Origin: Tubulanus polymorphus
Lineage: Eukaryota > Animalia > Nemertea
NCBI RefSeq assembly: GCF_964204645.1
Contig: NC_134029.1
Coordinates: 3,658,001-3,722,000 of the forward strand
DNA: 64,000 nt
Direction of reading: 5' to 3'
In this document: positions 11,508 to 30,287 of the stretch, piece by piece
How the letters are laid out: each line of letters opens with the position of its first letter
How positions within the stretch are numbered: the stretch's first letter is position 1
Program-made: the position numbers and the translations under genes
The notes under the pieces: model-generated
The model's input: only the letters and a program-made list of their open reading frames with translations
Told to the model about the DNA's origin: nothing
Database searches by the model: none

Positions 11508-11790
11508 AGACAAAAGCTGTCGATTATAGCTCCGAACATCACATGGGACGGAATCCCTAAACATTAACAAAAATAGTATTTTTGCTTATGTATATTTTAT
11601 AACATCTTTAACCACACATTATTGTTAATGGTACATGAACAAAACTGATTAGCTTATACCAGAAATACATCGTATTTATGCATTTTTGGTGGGAGCCTAG
11701 ATTCTCGTCGGGACGAGCGTTGAGAACAACGATATGCTTACGGAGAAAGTAAGTATGCCAACTGACAGCGATTCTTTCAAGGCCACGGTC
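11508..11790 (-). pseudogene. Duplicated, decayed copy of SLCO gene 1 exon 8, intron 8 and the start of exon 9
   Basis: Aligns by eye with 14552-14810 (ctgtcgattatagctccgaacatcac, atatgcttacgg, actgacagcgatt); the exon 8 donor is deleted and exon 9 is truncated. Confidence 0.85.
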
Positions 11791-12129
11791 GTCTGGCCTG
11801 AACGACGCTCCTACATTTGGATGAGTGTGCTTTTGAGGTGCAACCAAAAGTGTTAGAAATACGGAGATTTGCTGAGCATCTTAACTCCATTCACGTAAGA
11901 ATTACCATACAAAAGATAAATGAATCAAAGAGAATATAAAAGACAAAGTATGCGTTTACTTATCATTTCATTTCTTATCTTCTTGTCAAAAACATTAAGT
12001 CGGGCATCCTATCTTATGTCAGTGATTGCTTGGTTTGAATAACCTAGTTCACTGTCCAGAGAATACACTAGAATATAAAGTAAACCAGCTCTTTATTTCC
12101 TTTTTACGTGATATTTACAGTTATATCAA

Positions 12130-13194
12130 TTAATATTTGGTTTTTGGACGTTTTTCAAGATAGGCGGCAATGTTGGGCGATTTGGCGACGCGATCCTGAA
12201 GCGCGGTAACCGTCGGGTATGCCTTGAGCAGGTTATCAACTTCGGGCCAGTTCAATCCTTGTAGCCTTTGAACAGCAACGAACGCGATCATATCCGCCAC
12301 AGACACCTGAAAAATAATATGAATAGTGCGGACGCGTTGATGACGTAAATTTTCTAGGTTTTTTCTCGTGTTAGCTCAACTTACCGTTCCCCCAGCCAAA
12401 AAGTCATTGTCTCCAAGAATGGTTTTCAGAGCGTCCAGAAGTCTTGGGAATTCAGCCGTGATCAAATTCTCTTTAACCTCTTGCTAGAAATGCCGACGGA
12501 AATATATTTATACAAACGAAATGACTCTTAGAAATTGCAATTTTACAAGTTCATTAATTTTTGTAGCGTTTTCACGACCTTTTTCGTTTCGTTTTTTTCA
12601 TAACGTTGTTTGAAGTCATTGATCAGGATATCATATGACATATAGTAAGCCTCGTAGACTTTGGCCATTCCCAGGTTATCCTTTCCTTCCAAACCTATAA
12701 TGATTTATTAATGGGCTAAAAACATTTTCGAGAATCTCTTCTCTTGCTCTTATGCAGATGACACGGAAAATGAACCTACCAAATTCTCTGGCAAGATATT
12801 GTACTATAGCTTGACTCTGAGCGATAGGTTTACCATCGATTTCGAGGATTGGTAGCTTCTGAAAAGGAGTCTCTACAAAAAATAAACGAAACAATGTTGA
12901 TGATACTAAAGGTACACATAACAATGCATTTCGAATACTATGTGAATCATTGTAAATTGGCAAATTTTGAAATTCCACATGAGGCTGAATTATGATTGGG
13001 TAAGTACCAGTTGACCACACTTATTACATACTTATTACATACTTACCCTTTTTCAGCTTCGGCCATACGTCTGGTTCAAGCCATGGTGAAGGTATCCGGC
13101 GGTCCTCGTATTCGACCCCGGCTTGAGCGAATAACAAACGGGGCACTTCTCCCAAACCGGTGATGTTGAAATAGATCAGTGTGTATTGAGGCAT
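12130..13194 (-). CDS. Glutathione S-transferase, sigma-like, copy 2 (210 aa). Exons 13194-13047, 12872-12780, 12694-12579, 12483-12385, 12306-12130
   Basis: Near-identical paralogue of 10237-11264 with identical exon lengths; [21 protein letters not shown]...KRPKTKY*. Confidence 0.93.
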
Positions 13195-14343
13195 AGTGGC
13201 TGATAGGTATTTGTCGATTTTGAACTGAACGGCTGAACTAGTGCACCAGGTTAAAACAAGGGAGTCACATCAATATAGCTCAAATATGGTCGCGTATCAC
13301 GCGCTTTGAGTTCAAGTTGGAGTTAAGTTCAAATCTATTTCACGAAAAGCGTGACCTAACCTACCGAAAAATGTTATCTGTCCTCCGAAGGTTATTTTCG
13401 AGAACATACAGACAAGTGAATATAAATACGAGCAACAAATGCAAAACGTATTTAACGTGTTGGAACAATGTAAAATCATGAATTAAGCGAAAAGTTTCAA
13501 TATACTTGGCGAGAAATCTTTCAGATAAGTACGAATCAATGTTGACATTCTTCTCGCTATTTTCCCATTTTTGATGGTTAGTCCTAGAGACTATTATAGC
13601 CCGAGTGTAGATAAATACGTTATAGAAATATGAGAAAAGCGTGGATTGCGTATAATTGAATTGAATAGGAAATATTGGAGGAATGTGCGATAAAATGCTA
13701 AATTAATGATGTTGCAGTGCGAACTCAAGTGGGAACCCACTTATATATTTGGCACTTCATAGGCAGGTAAGGCTGAATTCTGTTCACTTCAATGTGCGGG
13801 CAACACTTCCAAGGCCGTCCCGTCGTGAAGTTTATTGAATTATTGGGTAAGTCTTGGGAAACAATGATTTGAACGACGTTAAGCAAGAGGAACAAGAACA
13901 GAAAAAAACAACGCATTTTTACAATAAATATGTATAATATTATTTGATACTAGCAATATACGATTAATAGAGGTTTTTCATTTGAGCCGTCCATTGATAC
14001 GTGCATGCAGGACCAATGTATAATTTTCGAAAATGTAAACTATAAAAATATACAATTTTCTTTGTTCATTTCATCATTAATATTTAAACACGTACAAACA
14101 TCGTTAAGATTATCCCAAATTGTCACTAACATTATAAGGGCTCGTAACATTAAAACGGACCTGTGTCAATAAATCATTAGTCAGATCGATTATTGATGGA
14201 GAATCGAAATAAGATACAGTGGTGGGTACCACAGGAATATATCACAGGCAATGATGTACGAATTCTGAAAAAACGGTTGTACGACATTGTATCTATCAGA
14301 CAACATCAACAGGAATCAAACAGTCTAAAATACTGAATATATT

Positions 14344-17300
14344 CTATATTCTTTCTTCTTGTTCAGATACAACTGCGGAGGCGCTGCGAGGTTTATCGTT
14401 GCTGTCGTAATATTTATTAGCCACATACCAGATCATTCCAACGATTATCAACACTGGAACTCTGAACACTAATGCGGTGCCCAGGTATTTGAACCGAAAT
14501 TGCCGTATGTCGTAGACAAGACAGACGTCGCTGGCGCAGAAATTATGAATCAGACAAAAACTGTCGATTATAGCTCCGAACATCACAGGGGACGGAATAC
14601 CTAAACATTAACAAAAATAGCATTCAAATGTACGTTGTATTATACCTTGAACTACCACACAGTTGTAAATGGTACATTGACATAATCGATTAGATTGTAC
14701 CAGGGGAGCCTAGACTTTCGTCGGCACGAACTGAAAACAACTTACCAAATATGCTTACGGCGAAAGTCAGTATCCCGACTGACAGCGATTTGTCTTTCGG
14801 AGCCACGGTCCTAAAGCAAGAATAAACATGATGAATTTAGATATCTTTATCGAAGTATCATCAATATAACCTCTCACATATTTCATCTGTAGATTATTGT
14901 ACCGATTTACCTGAATACGAGCATTATTCCAGGAACGAGTCCAATTGTACTAACCAACGATGAACAAAACGTAACAGCAGCAAACGGAATGAAACTATTA
15001 CATGGAGGTATACAGATTCCCTTCGTGGCCTGACCGTCTGGAATGCACGAACAATTCGTATATATCTACAAAAAAGGATTTGAAAAAGATTAGTTAATAT
15101 TCCGAATATGAATATGAAGTAACTAGCATTGAAACGTTGATTTTAATTTTACCGCGTTTACTGGTGCTGATTCACAGCCCGCGTGACAAGCCGAATAATA
15201 CGATATTCCATCACTGTCGCAAACGGGGTCGTAATTACTTGATAAACAGTTACAGTGGCTGTTACATGTTTGCGTGAAGTTCATCCTTCAAATTTGATAA
15301 AGAAATCAGTTTTCTTAATTTTTTTTTTGTAAAATATGTTGATCATTATTAGCATGAAACCGTCGAAATCTCATATGAAATGTACATTCACATCAACAAG
15401 ATGTTTCTTTCCTATCTTTCCTATCGCTGAAGACTATACCATTGTCTACATGACATGAAACTTACGTATTATGTAATTAAGGTACAGACCCAGATATTTA
15501 ATTCTGAATATACGTACAATTCTATGAATTCAAAAAGTGTCAGAGGCTACATGTCAGAGGCATGTCAGGTGCTCTGTCGGCTTGTTCAGTTACAATGGAA
15601 TTGATCAGAGGGCTTTTGCAAGATGATCATATCAATTCTTTGATGACATCTACAACGAGTTGTCGGTGTAAATAATTCTTTTGTTTTAAAGAAGAGAGAA
15701 AATTGTTTCTATATGTGCAGTTTGCTTTCATAGATAAGTTCGTATATACAATGGTTGATAAAGTGGCACATATGGCTGTTGCTACGGTGATGAGATTCAA
15801 ATCGAAATTTCAACGTTGCGAACGTAACGCGACGATGAAGGCATTGCACTTACTGATTATCGCGTACGGAGAGTCCGTTGAACGGAGCCTGGTCGCAGCC
15901 GATACCGATCAGAGACGCGTGAATACAAACCGTCAACACTGACGAGATAAAACCCAAACGAGCGATTTTTATCAGAGACAATTTCAACTTGGATACTATA
16001 ACACCTCCGCATATAGTTCCTATACAAGTAGGCAGGGCAGATATGGACCCTGGAAATCAAAGGTTGAGAGAGTCATAATTACTGTGACTTATATAGCACT
16101 TCGTGAATATGAGAGACCTGATCACAGAATAGTCTCTGAACAATATAAACATAGAACATTCTGTTTCTCTCACGAGACAAAAAAAGTGAACCCGATACGA
16201 ACAGTAATGATTTGCGGTAGCCATTTCGAGTATAATTAGGCCAGCGTGATGGTTTTGATCCTCTGACTAATACGCAATAAAGCGTTTTATAAGAAACCGG
16301 ATTAATAAGACGATACCGGAGTATCAAAGTCTGCGCTTTACGCATGGGTGAATTAAAAAAAGATACTTCAAAAACTTACCCAACATCATGCTAGCCTTCG
16401 AAGCGGAAAATCCGAATTGCTTTTCCACGTATTTCGGCATGAACGAATAGAAACCGATTATGTAGAACATATTGATGCAGGCTGCTAATATTTGACAGAC
16501 GAATACCGGATTAGTGAATAGACGCACGACAGCTTTAGGAAAATCTGAAATAGATTAGTTAATTACGTGAAAATACACTTGAAACTTCGAGATTCCACAG
16601 CAGAAATTGCTGCGCATGGACATTACTGGGAATCCTGTCGGCCCATCGCGGGAGTGTCAGTGACCAGAACAAACACGTGCAAATTCTAGGTGGATTCAAA
16701 TAATGATTACCATGAAAGCACGATTGGCATTGGATCTTTTCAACGAGTTGTATTCAGAATAGCAGAGTTCAGTATCGATAAATTCGACATTTAGAAATAC
16801 TCCAGTTCCCAAGGAAATGCTCAATGATTCAAAACATTCTATAGATCCCATAGCGCGTTACCAACCCGATACATTGATTGCAGTTTAGAATGAATTCATT
16901 GAAAAATTGTCACCTTTCAAATTGATTTTCTCATTAGCTCCCTTGTTCGATAGCATCATCGACATCGGATTGTTGCTTTTTTCCGACTGTTGATCCGTAT
17001 CGTCCAGAGCCTTCAACTCGACCTCATTCTCGACCACATCTGGCATTTTGCCCGGGAACATTAACATCGGGATCGACACGGCTATCGTTCCGATACCGAT
17101 CAACAAAAAGCCTGCCCACCACGCCCCGATGAATTCCGGATCTCTCTGCGTCAAATCGGTCGCTGTTAATAAAAAACGTGAAGTATAGTCAAACCCTTTC
17201 AAATCGTCGAAAGTTGGGGCGCGATCAATATCAATATATTGTTGACATATTCAAATAACGACTTAGACTACAAATACATTATAAATCGGGGCTCAAAATA

Positions 17301-18339
17301 TAACTGAGTAATATTTCGATTGCTGCCAACTTAACCGAATTCTACTGTAGCAATTAATGCAGAACTGGTTCATGACAACAGAATTGTATGGAGTCAAAGT
17401 GAAAGATTTTTTTCTCCTCACTATATACTATGTACTATACATAGTATATAAAAAAACACACGATATACGATCCCTACTTTTGTGGGGTTATGCTTATAAT
17501 CGTAATTTACGTTTTAAGTCGACAGGTAAGGCTGTCATTCCAGCCCCGATTCCGAAGCCGACCAACGGTGAAAGTGTCCTGATGCTGAACAGAATCCCTG
17601 AAATAGAAAATAGATCATACATAGATTCCGAATCCCGGACACGTAAAATGCAAAAAGGCATGTCAGTTGTATATATACCTATGTATATCGGAGATGAATG
17701 TTTTCCAAGGTTGTCATCGATGAAACTCATACCCAAAGACCATATAGGCGACACTCCGATACCTAGTACAACTTGTGATATGATGATAATCGCGTATGAT
17801 ATGGTACTTTTCGTGTTTTCTGCGATTGCCGATTCTTCGTTGCAGAGCGCTGCATAAGACAGGTTTTCCCTTCCCGCGTAACAGAGATCCTTGTCCGGAG
17901 TCGCTGTAACGTTCGCCGTCATATTTTCGAAAACGACCGAACTGATTTTCGCCGGCGTTGGATCTTGATTATCACGGAATATGTAATAAGGAAGCGACGA
18001 ACATATCGTGGCTACACCGACCACTATACTCGAAACACCGATTACGAAAGGTTTATTCATCCGACCTCCGAGGTAGCTGGCCACTACTACGAAAGCGAGG
18101 AAGCCTATATCATTGGCGCTGGATATGAATCCAGCTTTGGCGCTTGTGATCTGTAAGGCTTTTTCGATCGTCGTCAGAACTGCCAATATATACGTCGACA
18201 TGGCACCGTGAAAGACGACGATAATTGCGAGGACGATAGTGAACAATTTGATGTTGATACATGGCCGCAAACACGCTGGCTTACAAGGTCCGATTCCGCA
18301 CTCTTGTTTAGGTTCACGAGTCACGTCTTGAGGAGGCAT
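14344..18339 (-). CDS. Organic anion transporting polypeptide (SLCO/OATP) gene 1, ~655 aa. Exons 18339-17679, 17597-17511, 17162-16914, 16544-16380, 16049-15854, 15285-15153, 15065-14911, 14810-14746, 14600-14344
   Basis: LTTIEK, GMSFIDDN, IGAWWAGF signature, FMPKYVEKQFG, Kazal-like CNC..YDPVC..SACHAGC, PSPVMFGAIIDSFCL; joined CDS of 1968 nt is in frame. Confidence 0.92.
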
Positions 18340-18853
18340 CGCGGTGACTGTCTTCTCGCTGTTAGCCACTCGCTATAAGCCACTAAATCTGTCAGCGCAG
18401 TTTACGTAAATACAAAACTCAAATGGAAGGCGGAATATATTCCTAGATTTCTTATACAACCCTGGTCGTTCCTGACGACACCTTCAAAATGCAGTTCCAA
18501 CGTTATAATCTCAGCAAGTTTTCAATTCATACTTTTCATGAATCGCCCCTGCAGAATATAAAAACCAAAAGGCATAATGTGAACGCATAAAAGCGATTAA
18601 ACGTTGAAATATTGATAAATACAAAGTGGTAGCGTAAAAAGGCCAACGACAATACCTAGCACATAATAATAATGTCTACGCAGTGTCACCCTTGTCTCGT
18701 CAATTCGCGTGAAACTCAATGAACAAATCATTTTCTCTTAAAAATAAATAAGAATTACATACGCTCCGAAATATATAAATCATTACATACCAAGTGTCAC
18801 ATATAGAAGACTCGTGAATCGAATTGAACGCATGTCGTTTAAGAACTTCCAAG

Positions 18854-18926
<73 letters not shown>
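18854..18926. repeat. (TA)n microsatellite
   Basis: Directly visible dinucleotide run. Confidence 0.98.
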
Positions 18927-18928
<2 letters not shown>

Positions 18929-19245
18929 AATGAATGAATCGAACGCATTTGCTTTTGTTTATGGCGGTGCCCTGAAGTCCAAAGGTTAACACTTACTATC
19001 GACACGAGAGCGCAACTAACTTGAAGAAATGAATTGAAATTCCGGTTGGCCTATCTAATCGGGCTTCTATTATTAATGCGTACGAATGCCAACGAGACCG
19101 ACGTCAATTTATAGAACCAGTCATAAAGCAAAACTGCAAGCAAATTATCAATTTTTAGAAATAGACGAGGTACATTATATTCTAGTTATTGTAATAGTGT
19201 AGAATGATAGTAATTAGAGTATATTTTCGCTAGAATAAGAATACG

Positions 19246-19375
19246 TTAAGCCTCAGACACACTGGGCGATTTCGTCGGCTGACTAAATTGCCCGGACACA
19301 CAAGGCGATTTTACCGGCGATTTCGTCGGGCGACGAAATCGGCCGACGAAATCGCCCAGTGTGTCCCCGGCTTAA
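19246..19375. mobile_element. Palindromic MITE, PIF/Harbinger-like
   Basis: ttaagcc..gacacactgggcgatttcgtcggc ... gccgacgaaatcgcccagtgtgtc..ggcttaa; ~34-bp arms with TTAA at both ends. The superfamily is inferred from terminus style. Confidence 0.75.
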
Positions 19376-20891
19376 GACAGGCACGTAATATGTCCACAAG
19401 CAAATGTCAAATATCAACGAGTTATCACATATGATATTAGCTCGACATGATTTATTAGACGTGACTTATAATTTCAAGGTATGATCATGAACAAGGAAAT
19501 AGTTACTTAGATTATGCTGTATCATACAGAGGGATAATCTAATGATCCACATCCGCTCCACTAAATCGATGAATAAAGAATTTCCCCATATACTTAGGTA
19601 TTCTAACTTATTTTTTCTGTCCAGTAAGTACTACCGTATGATGTATGTTTCTTCTGATAAAATCTTTTATGAAAAAAAACTGGATTTTTCATTTGGAAAA
19701 TCGTTCCCGGCCGAAACAGGATTTTCTAAGATGTGCTACATTCACGGCGTGTACGTGCTCTGTTAATATTGGAATATGAATATTTTTCATTTCGTTTGAA
19801 TAAAGAATATACAGTGAACGCCGGGTGTGAACGCCCGGGAATCTGGTTCAAGGACCAAACGGTACGACCTCGAGTGGAAGAGTTGAATTGATCAGCTGTA
19901 ATTTGTTGAATACATCGACACAACCGCGCTTTTCGCTTTTAGATTCAGCGCGCGCGCTGTGCAACACAGATCTGGATGGTTGGTGCGGATCTATTCAGCA
20001 ACGAAGCGATCTCCCATCAAATCAAAGACAGGTAGGCCTGCATCGAGTAACAATTTTATTGTTGTTTTTGAATAATCTCTTATAACTATTGCAATACATC
20101 AGCGGCTGTTTCGCTGATACAACACATGTATTGTAGAGTATATTAAACAATCATGTTTCATACATTTTATCTGGAATTGCATAGTGCTGTTTCATGAGCG
20201 GACTATGTATTGATTTGAAGCGCAAGGCTCCAAATACTGATGGCAACCATTCGGTCAGTTTAGATAGTGTGAATACGCATTTGGGATCTCATATCGGTAA
20301 GAAATTCACGTTAGTATTTTCCGTCAATATTCATTTACACATATCTTCAAAAGGAAGGAAGAAATTCACTACTATCGATCATTTCTGAAATATATTAATA
20401 TTCATCATATTCTGATGTACGCGTGTATATATCAGCTTTCGAAAAAATGATAATGTATTCTTCATGCTTTTCAACCAAAGTGTTTTTATAAGTGTAATTT
20501 GGTGAATTATGTGGGTAATATTTACATTCACAAAAGGCTTCAGAATCGAGGGTATAACAAAAGCCTTAATGTAAAATATAACAACGATACTTGTGCGTAA
20601 ACTCAAACTGGTTATAGTACTTTCCAGGTGGATAAAATACCAAACTCAATGATATCAATATAGATAAAACGTTTATTATCTATATTGAAAAACGTACCTT
20701 AAAAAGTATATCTACTTGAATATATAATCAAAATAATGAATGATAAAGATAAAGATAGGAGGATGCTTTTAGGTTTGCATATCATTAACTGATTGCAGTT
20801 GAAAAATAAGTCAAGTTCAACTAGAATATGATGGATAAACTGTATTATTTGTATCTTTAAGACGCTGAATCAAAGAGCGCCATACGTCGTC

Positions 20892-26016
<5,125 letters not shown>

Positions 26017-27256
26017 CTCTTGATTATACAGAAACAGTGTTAATCTAAATCCGTTCGTGAACCATTAATTAACTATAAGAGGATTGTATTTTGTACGGTA
26101 ATAAAGTCCGCAGCGGGCTGACGAATATTCAACCTTGTTTTACATTCGTTTCTCCGTCATGAGAGATCGGCTGTTCGAAGTCATGGGGTAATATAATTAC
26201 CACGAAGCGTTGGAAGGAGCATAAGCATTAATCTCTTATGTGAAATAAGATAAAACCAAAATGGGATTCGTTTATGTTGATCAAAAGAATCGCGAGGCAT
26301 CATCGAAATTCATTTTCTGAACAGTTTTCCATCTAGATTTCAAACGTATTAATTTAGGTACGGAATATGAAGGGTTAAATCACAAAACAATACCAGTTAT
26401 TCAGTTGAATCGGTTTTGATTCAAGTGGAACAAATCCACCTGTAAACCAGTACAACTGGTATAATATAAAACCTATATAATCGCATACTGTGAAATGCCA
26501 TACAGCAAACACAGTGTATTTTCCTACACTTTTTGAGTGGTGAAATGTAAATATTTCACATTTCATATAACATATTGAAACCAGTACATCTACGAGATAT
26601 AATGACGACAGCCTTACCTGAATTGGTAGGTACATCACTCCGCATTTAACACGTTAATTTCTTCTTTAGTAATCAAATTTGTTTTTCAATTTCATACGTA
26701 TTTCAGTTCTACAATTGAAGGTTTTTTTATGATAATCTAACGCTTCCCATATTTTGTTTTTTACGAATTAGTCAAATTGAGTTCATTCTGAGGTTTTTCT
26801 CTCATTTCACAGAGCAAATCAAAATATCCGCAGGTAGCATGCGCGCGATCATCTTCAGTTTCCGGTTTCACAACTCCGTCCGCTACTGAGGTCGTACATC
26901 CTGATCTGGCTAGATTATTGCGTAATCGTCAAGGTATGAAGAAGGTTTGGGTAATGACCAAAATTCTCGTTTATTTTGAATTCTACTTCGACATTTCGAA
27001 GGTGACCATTTAGAAAAAAATAGAGAAGACATTGCACCAAATAAAGATCGATGAAACTCGTCAAGTAGTTATTATCCTTGTCCATAATAAGCCCGAATGC
27101 AGCCTCTCTTTTGGGTTTGGGGTTGCGAATTGACGAAAATTGTTGCTCGATGGTTTGGGGAAATTTTTGAAAAAAAAATTCATCCATCTGTCTATCAGTG
27201 TATGTGGTTTTTTGCTACTTTTTTCTGGTGTTTTTTGCTGGCTATTCCGTTTTCAG

Positions 27257-27992
27257 GTATTTTTAACATTACGGCGTGTACTATCTATTCCAGAAACCGA
27301 ATCAGCGCGTCAAGGATGGTATTCCCTACAGAGAGCGAGGAAGAGTCACAGACCTGCGTACGTGAAAAATTTCCCCGACCACGCATTGAAGTCGTGGTCG
27401 GAAGCGTCGATAACACGAGGTCCCGAGAGCATCGCTTCGGAGAAATACTACACGGCACTCACGTATCCCAGAGCGAAACCAAACGGTAAAAACAAACGAT
27501 CGAAACGTGACCGAGAATTGAGCACGCCGAAATATTACACAGCAATGACAATCAGACCTCCGAAATCAACCGCGAGTCCGCGCTTTAACGCGCTGAATCG
27601 AGGTTTTTACGGATCTATCCCCGATTGGTTCGATCGACCGAAAAGCGGGGAGTTTCCTACGAAATCGATGGATTTTTGGTATAACGAAGTAAACAAAAAG
27701 TAGGCAAAATCGCTGTTCGCTGAACAGATAACTACAAAAGTTACCGAGTATTGGAGTATTGAACGATGAAATGCATTCTTTTTCTTCTTTCAGGCCAGCG
27801 CTGAATCGACCCCCGCCGTTTGTGTATCTCCCGCACCCGACCCCAAATCCCGACTTGGAAAAGCTTCGATATCGACCGCCGAAAAATACTACGATGTTTT
27901 ACGCATCGAATCCACCTGTTCCCAACAAACACTACATGGTCTGTCCGGAATGGCCGTCCGAGAAGCTCAATAGACCTCAGTACGATCGATAG
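27257..27992 (+). CDS. Uncharacterised Pro/basic-rich protein; exons 27257-27699 and 27794-27992; 5' end unresolved (first in-frame ATG 27545)
   Basis: Strong acceptors at 27256 and 27793; the phase-2 join is in frame; internal repeat KYYTALT/KYYTAMT; AATAAA at 28222. Confidence 0.6.
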
Positions 27993-28282
27993 ATGTCACG
28001 ACATGCAGAATTCTGCGAGATGCGGAATCAAAGTTCGTTTCTCCACGAAATGTAAAATCCGCACGAAAAATGGGACATGTTTTTGGGATCGAAGTGAAAA
28101 TAATGTCGCGAAGAACGAAGTCTTCATTTCAGGACACTTTGCCGCCTCTCGTCGTCTACTTAATCGTGGTCAAAGTAATCAAAATATTTTACGTTGTTTG
28201 TGTTTTCAATTGATTTTATGGAATAAAATATAATAGTTGAACGATGATGATGGAGAATAACTCATAAAAAATATACAGAAGA

Positions 28283-30287
28283 TCATTCAGGTCTTGCCGG
28301 AGCTGGGCCTTTTTCGCACGCGCCTGAAAATAAGAAACCGCATTTACTAGTTTGCTCCCATATCAAGGTAAACGTTCCTATATTTGAGATTGGTGATACC
28401 TACCAGTGGCGGGAATGGCGGGAAGGTCATCATGGGGGTTACGTTTTGCAGGCATTAGATCAGGTGTGAGCGAAACTTCAATGGATGGCGTTTGTGGAAG
28501 TTTTGATTTCGGATCGCGGAAGGCGGACGGTCGGACCCAATTTGATAGTTTCAGTTTTCGATGATTTCGAGTCGGTTTCCATTTGATGACGCCGTTACTA
28601 GAATCGACTGTATATTTTTGCAGCATGAATCCAATCGGTAAACCGGTTTGTCCCTCTCCGCCCTTGAACGAGCGGGATATTTCCTGTTTTCCGATATTTA
28701 CCCGGATATTACAGTCCGTCGCAAAGCACACGTCTTGTGCGATGTAGACTTTGTTTTTGTCTTGCAAGACTACAACAACAGAAAGACGAAAGAAGAGATG
28801 ATACCGAAGAAATCAGAGATCGGGATGTATATAGATTGAGCAGGTGCTGTCCACAAAAACCATTAGACCCGAACATTTCAGAAGTAACATCTGTCCGTGG
28901 TCTAATGCATGTGTCAATGTACATCAATATACAATATTACGAACGCAATTATTAAGATCATCATTTTGTTTCGTCACGAACCTGGTGAATTCATTTCAAG
29001 CGATAAGGAATTATCATTTGATATAGATTCGACTGTATATCTCGTACAGTTTGATATGGAAACTTCGATTGATTTCAGAATTCCGTCCTTGACGTCCGAC
29101 ACTTTGTACTCGTACGCCTGGTTGTAGGCGATTGGAATGTGTTTTGGCGGGTTGACCTTCGACAAAAAACTACGGCTATCTTGAGGCGATTTCTTGATGA
29201 AGTCTTTCAGAGGTCCTGCCACTCGAAACGTTCTCGGGCTTCGTCGAATGGCGTCTATTTTCGAAGGTTTGTCCTTCGTTAAAACCGAATACATGCCATA
29301 CATGTGCGCATCCTGAATGAATGGAATAGCTGTATGGTCTTCACCTGCAATATTCATTCGGATATTAGATTGATGAATTCATTGTGAAGTGAAGTAGATA
29401 CTTGTAATTTTGGGTAACTTTAAAATTAGTCAAAACGTTCAAAGGGAGATAGCGTCTATTCAATAGATCATCAGGATTTTCCGTATTTTATCAAATAATT
29501 GTATCAAATAATTAGGCCTGTGTTTCAACTTTGTCGTAGATTTCTGCCTGTCAAGGAGTTTTTCTTAATTCACGGTTCAGAAGGCTCTTTACGTAATCTA
29601 GCGTATTCGTGTCGGATTTCTATAGACTTACCAAACAGTTGGCAACCTATTTCAGCACGAACCAAATTCCACGCAAGTGAAATATCTAGTTTATCAAGTC
29701 CCGTAAAAATACGGGTATCCATGAGTGAAAACATTTTTTTCACCAGCCGAAACTTCTCAGACTTCTCGGAATGGCGTGCGTGGATGCGGTTGTCATGGCG
29801 CTTTGCAGACTTTTGTTTCTATGGTTGCACATTACCAGACACCAAACCTTTCACTTTTAGCGTGAACAAAACCTTCCACCAGCGTAATCGGTGCCTGCAG
29901 CATGGTAGTGTTCTATACTTATTCTTATTTGGAACGACTACATAACACATTGATGTTTCTTTGGTATTCTGTTAGGATGCTGCAGCGCGACAATTCAATA
30001 TGGCTTTGAATTAAACCATGGACGGATAATCTAGTTTATACAACCATGAATGAACTAAAACCAAATATATTTCAATTTCTGAGTGTCTTACTACTCGATG
30101 TCGTTGTACAATTTTTGTCACCTGACACGGCGTGCCGTTAACGAGGTACCTAATGGATCAAAATTGCGTGACTAACGTCAATGTACTGCCTGTCTGTTAG
30201 CCGACAGAAAGTGTTTAAAAAATAGCTTACTTTTAACGCTGGTATCGCTGCGGGATCCCGTGGAGAATTGACGTTTTGCCGTGCCAT
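28283..30287 (-). CDS. Uncharacterised protein, ~337 aa. Exons 30287-30231, 29818-29632, 29344-28982, 28769-28404, 28323-28283
   Basis: Five GT-AG exons give a continuous 1014-nt ORF (MARQNVNSP...GACEKGPAPARPE*); no recognisable domain. Confidence 0.6.

Noticed and set aside
18700-19005. ORFs with YIYIYI runs (also 21427-21820 and the tail of ORF 20892-22022)
   Set aside because: These are translations of (TA)n microsatellites in non-coding DNA.
20655-20688. 13-bp-arm AT-rich hairpin tcaatatagataa..ttatctatattga
   Set aside because: No flanking duplication and low complexity; it cannot be assigned.
29499-29945. 148-aa plus-strand ORF
   Set aside because: It is the antisense shadow of exon 2 of the minus-strand gene; shadow ORFs over the TRPV, SLCO and GT31 genes were rejected likewise.
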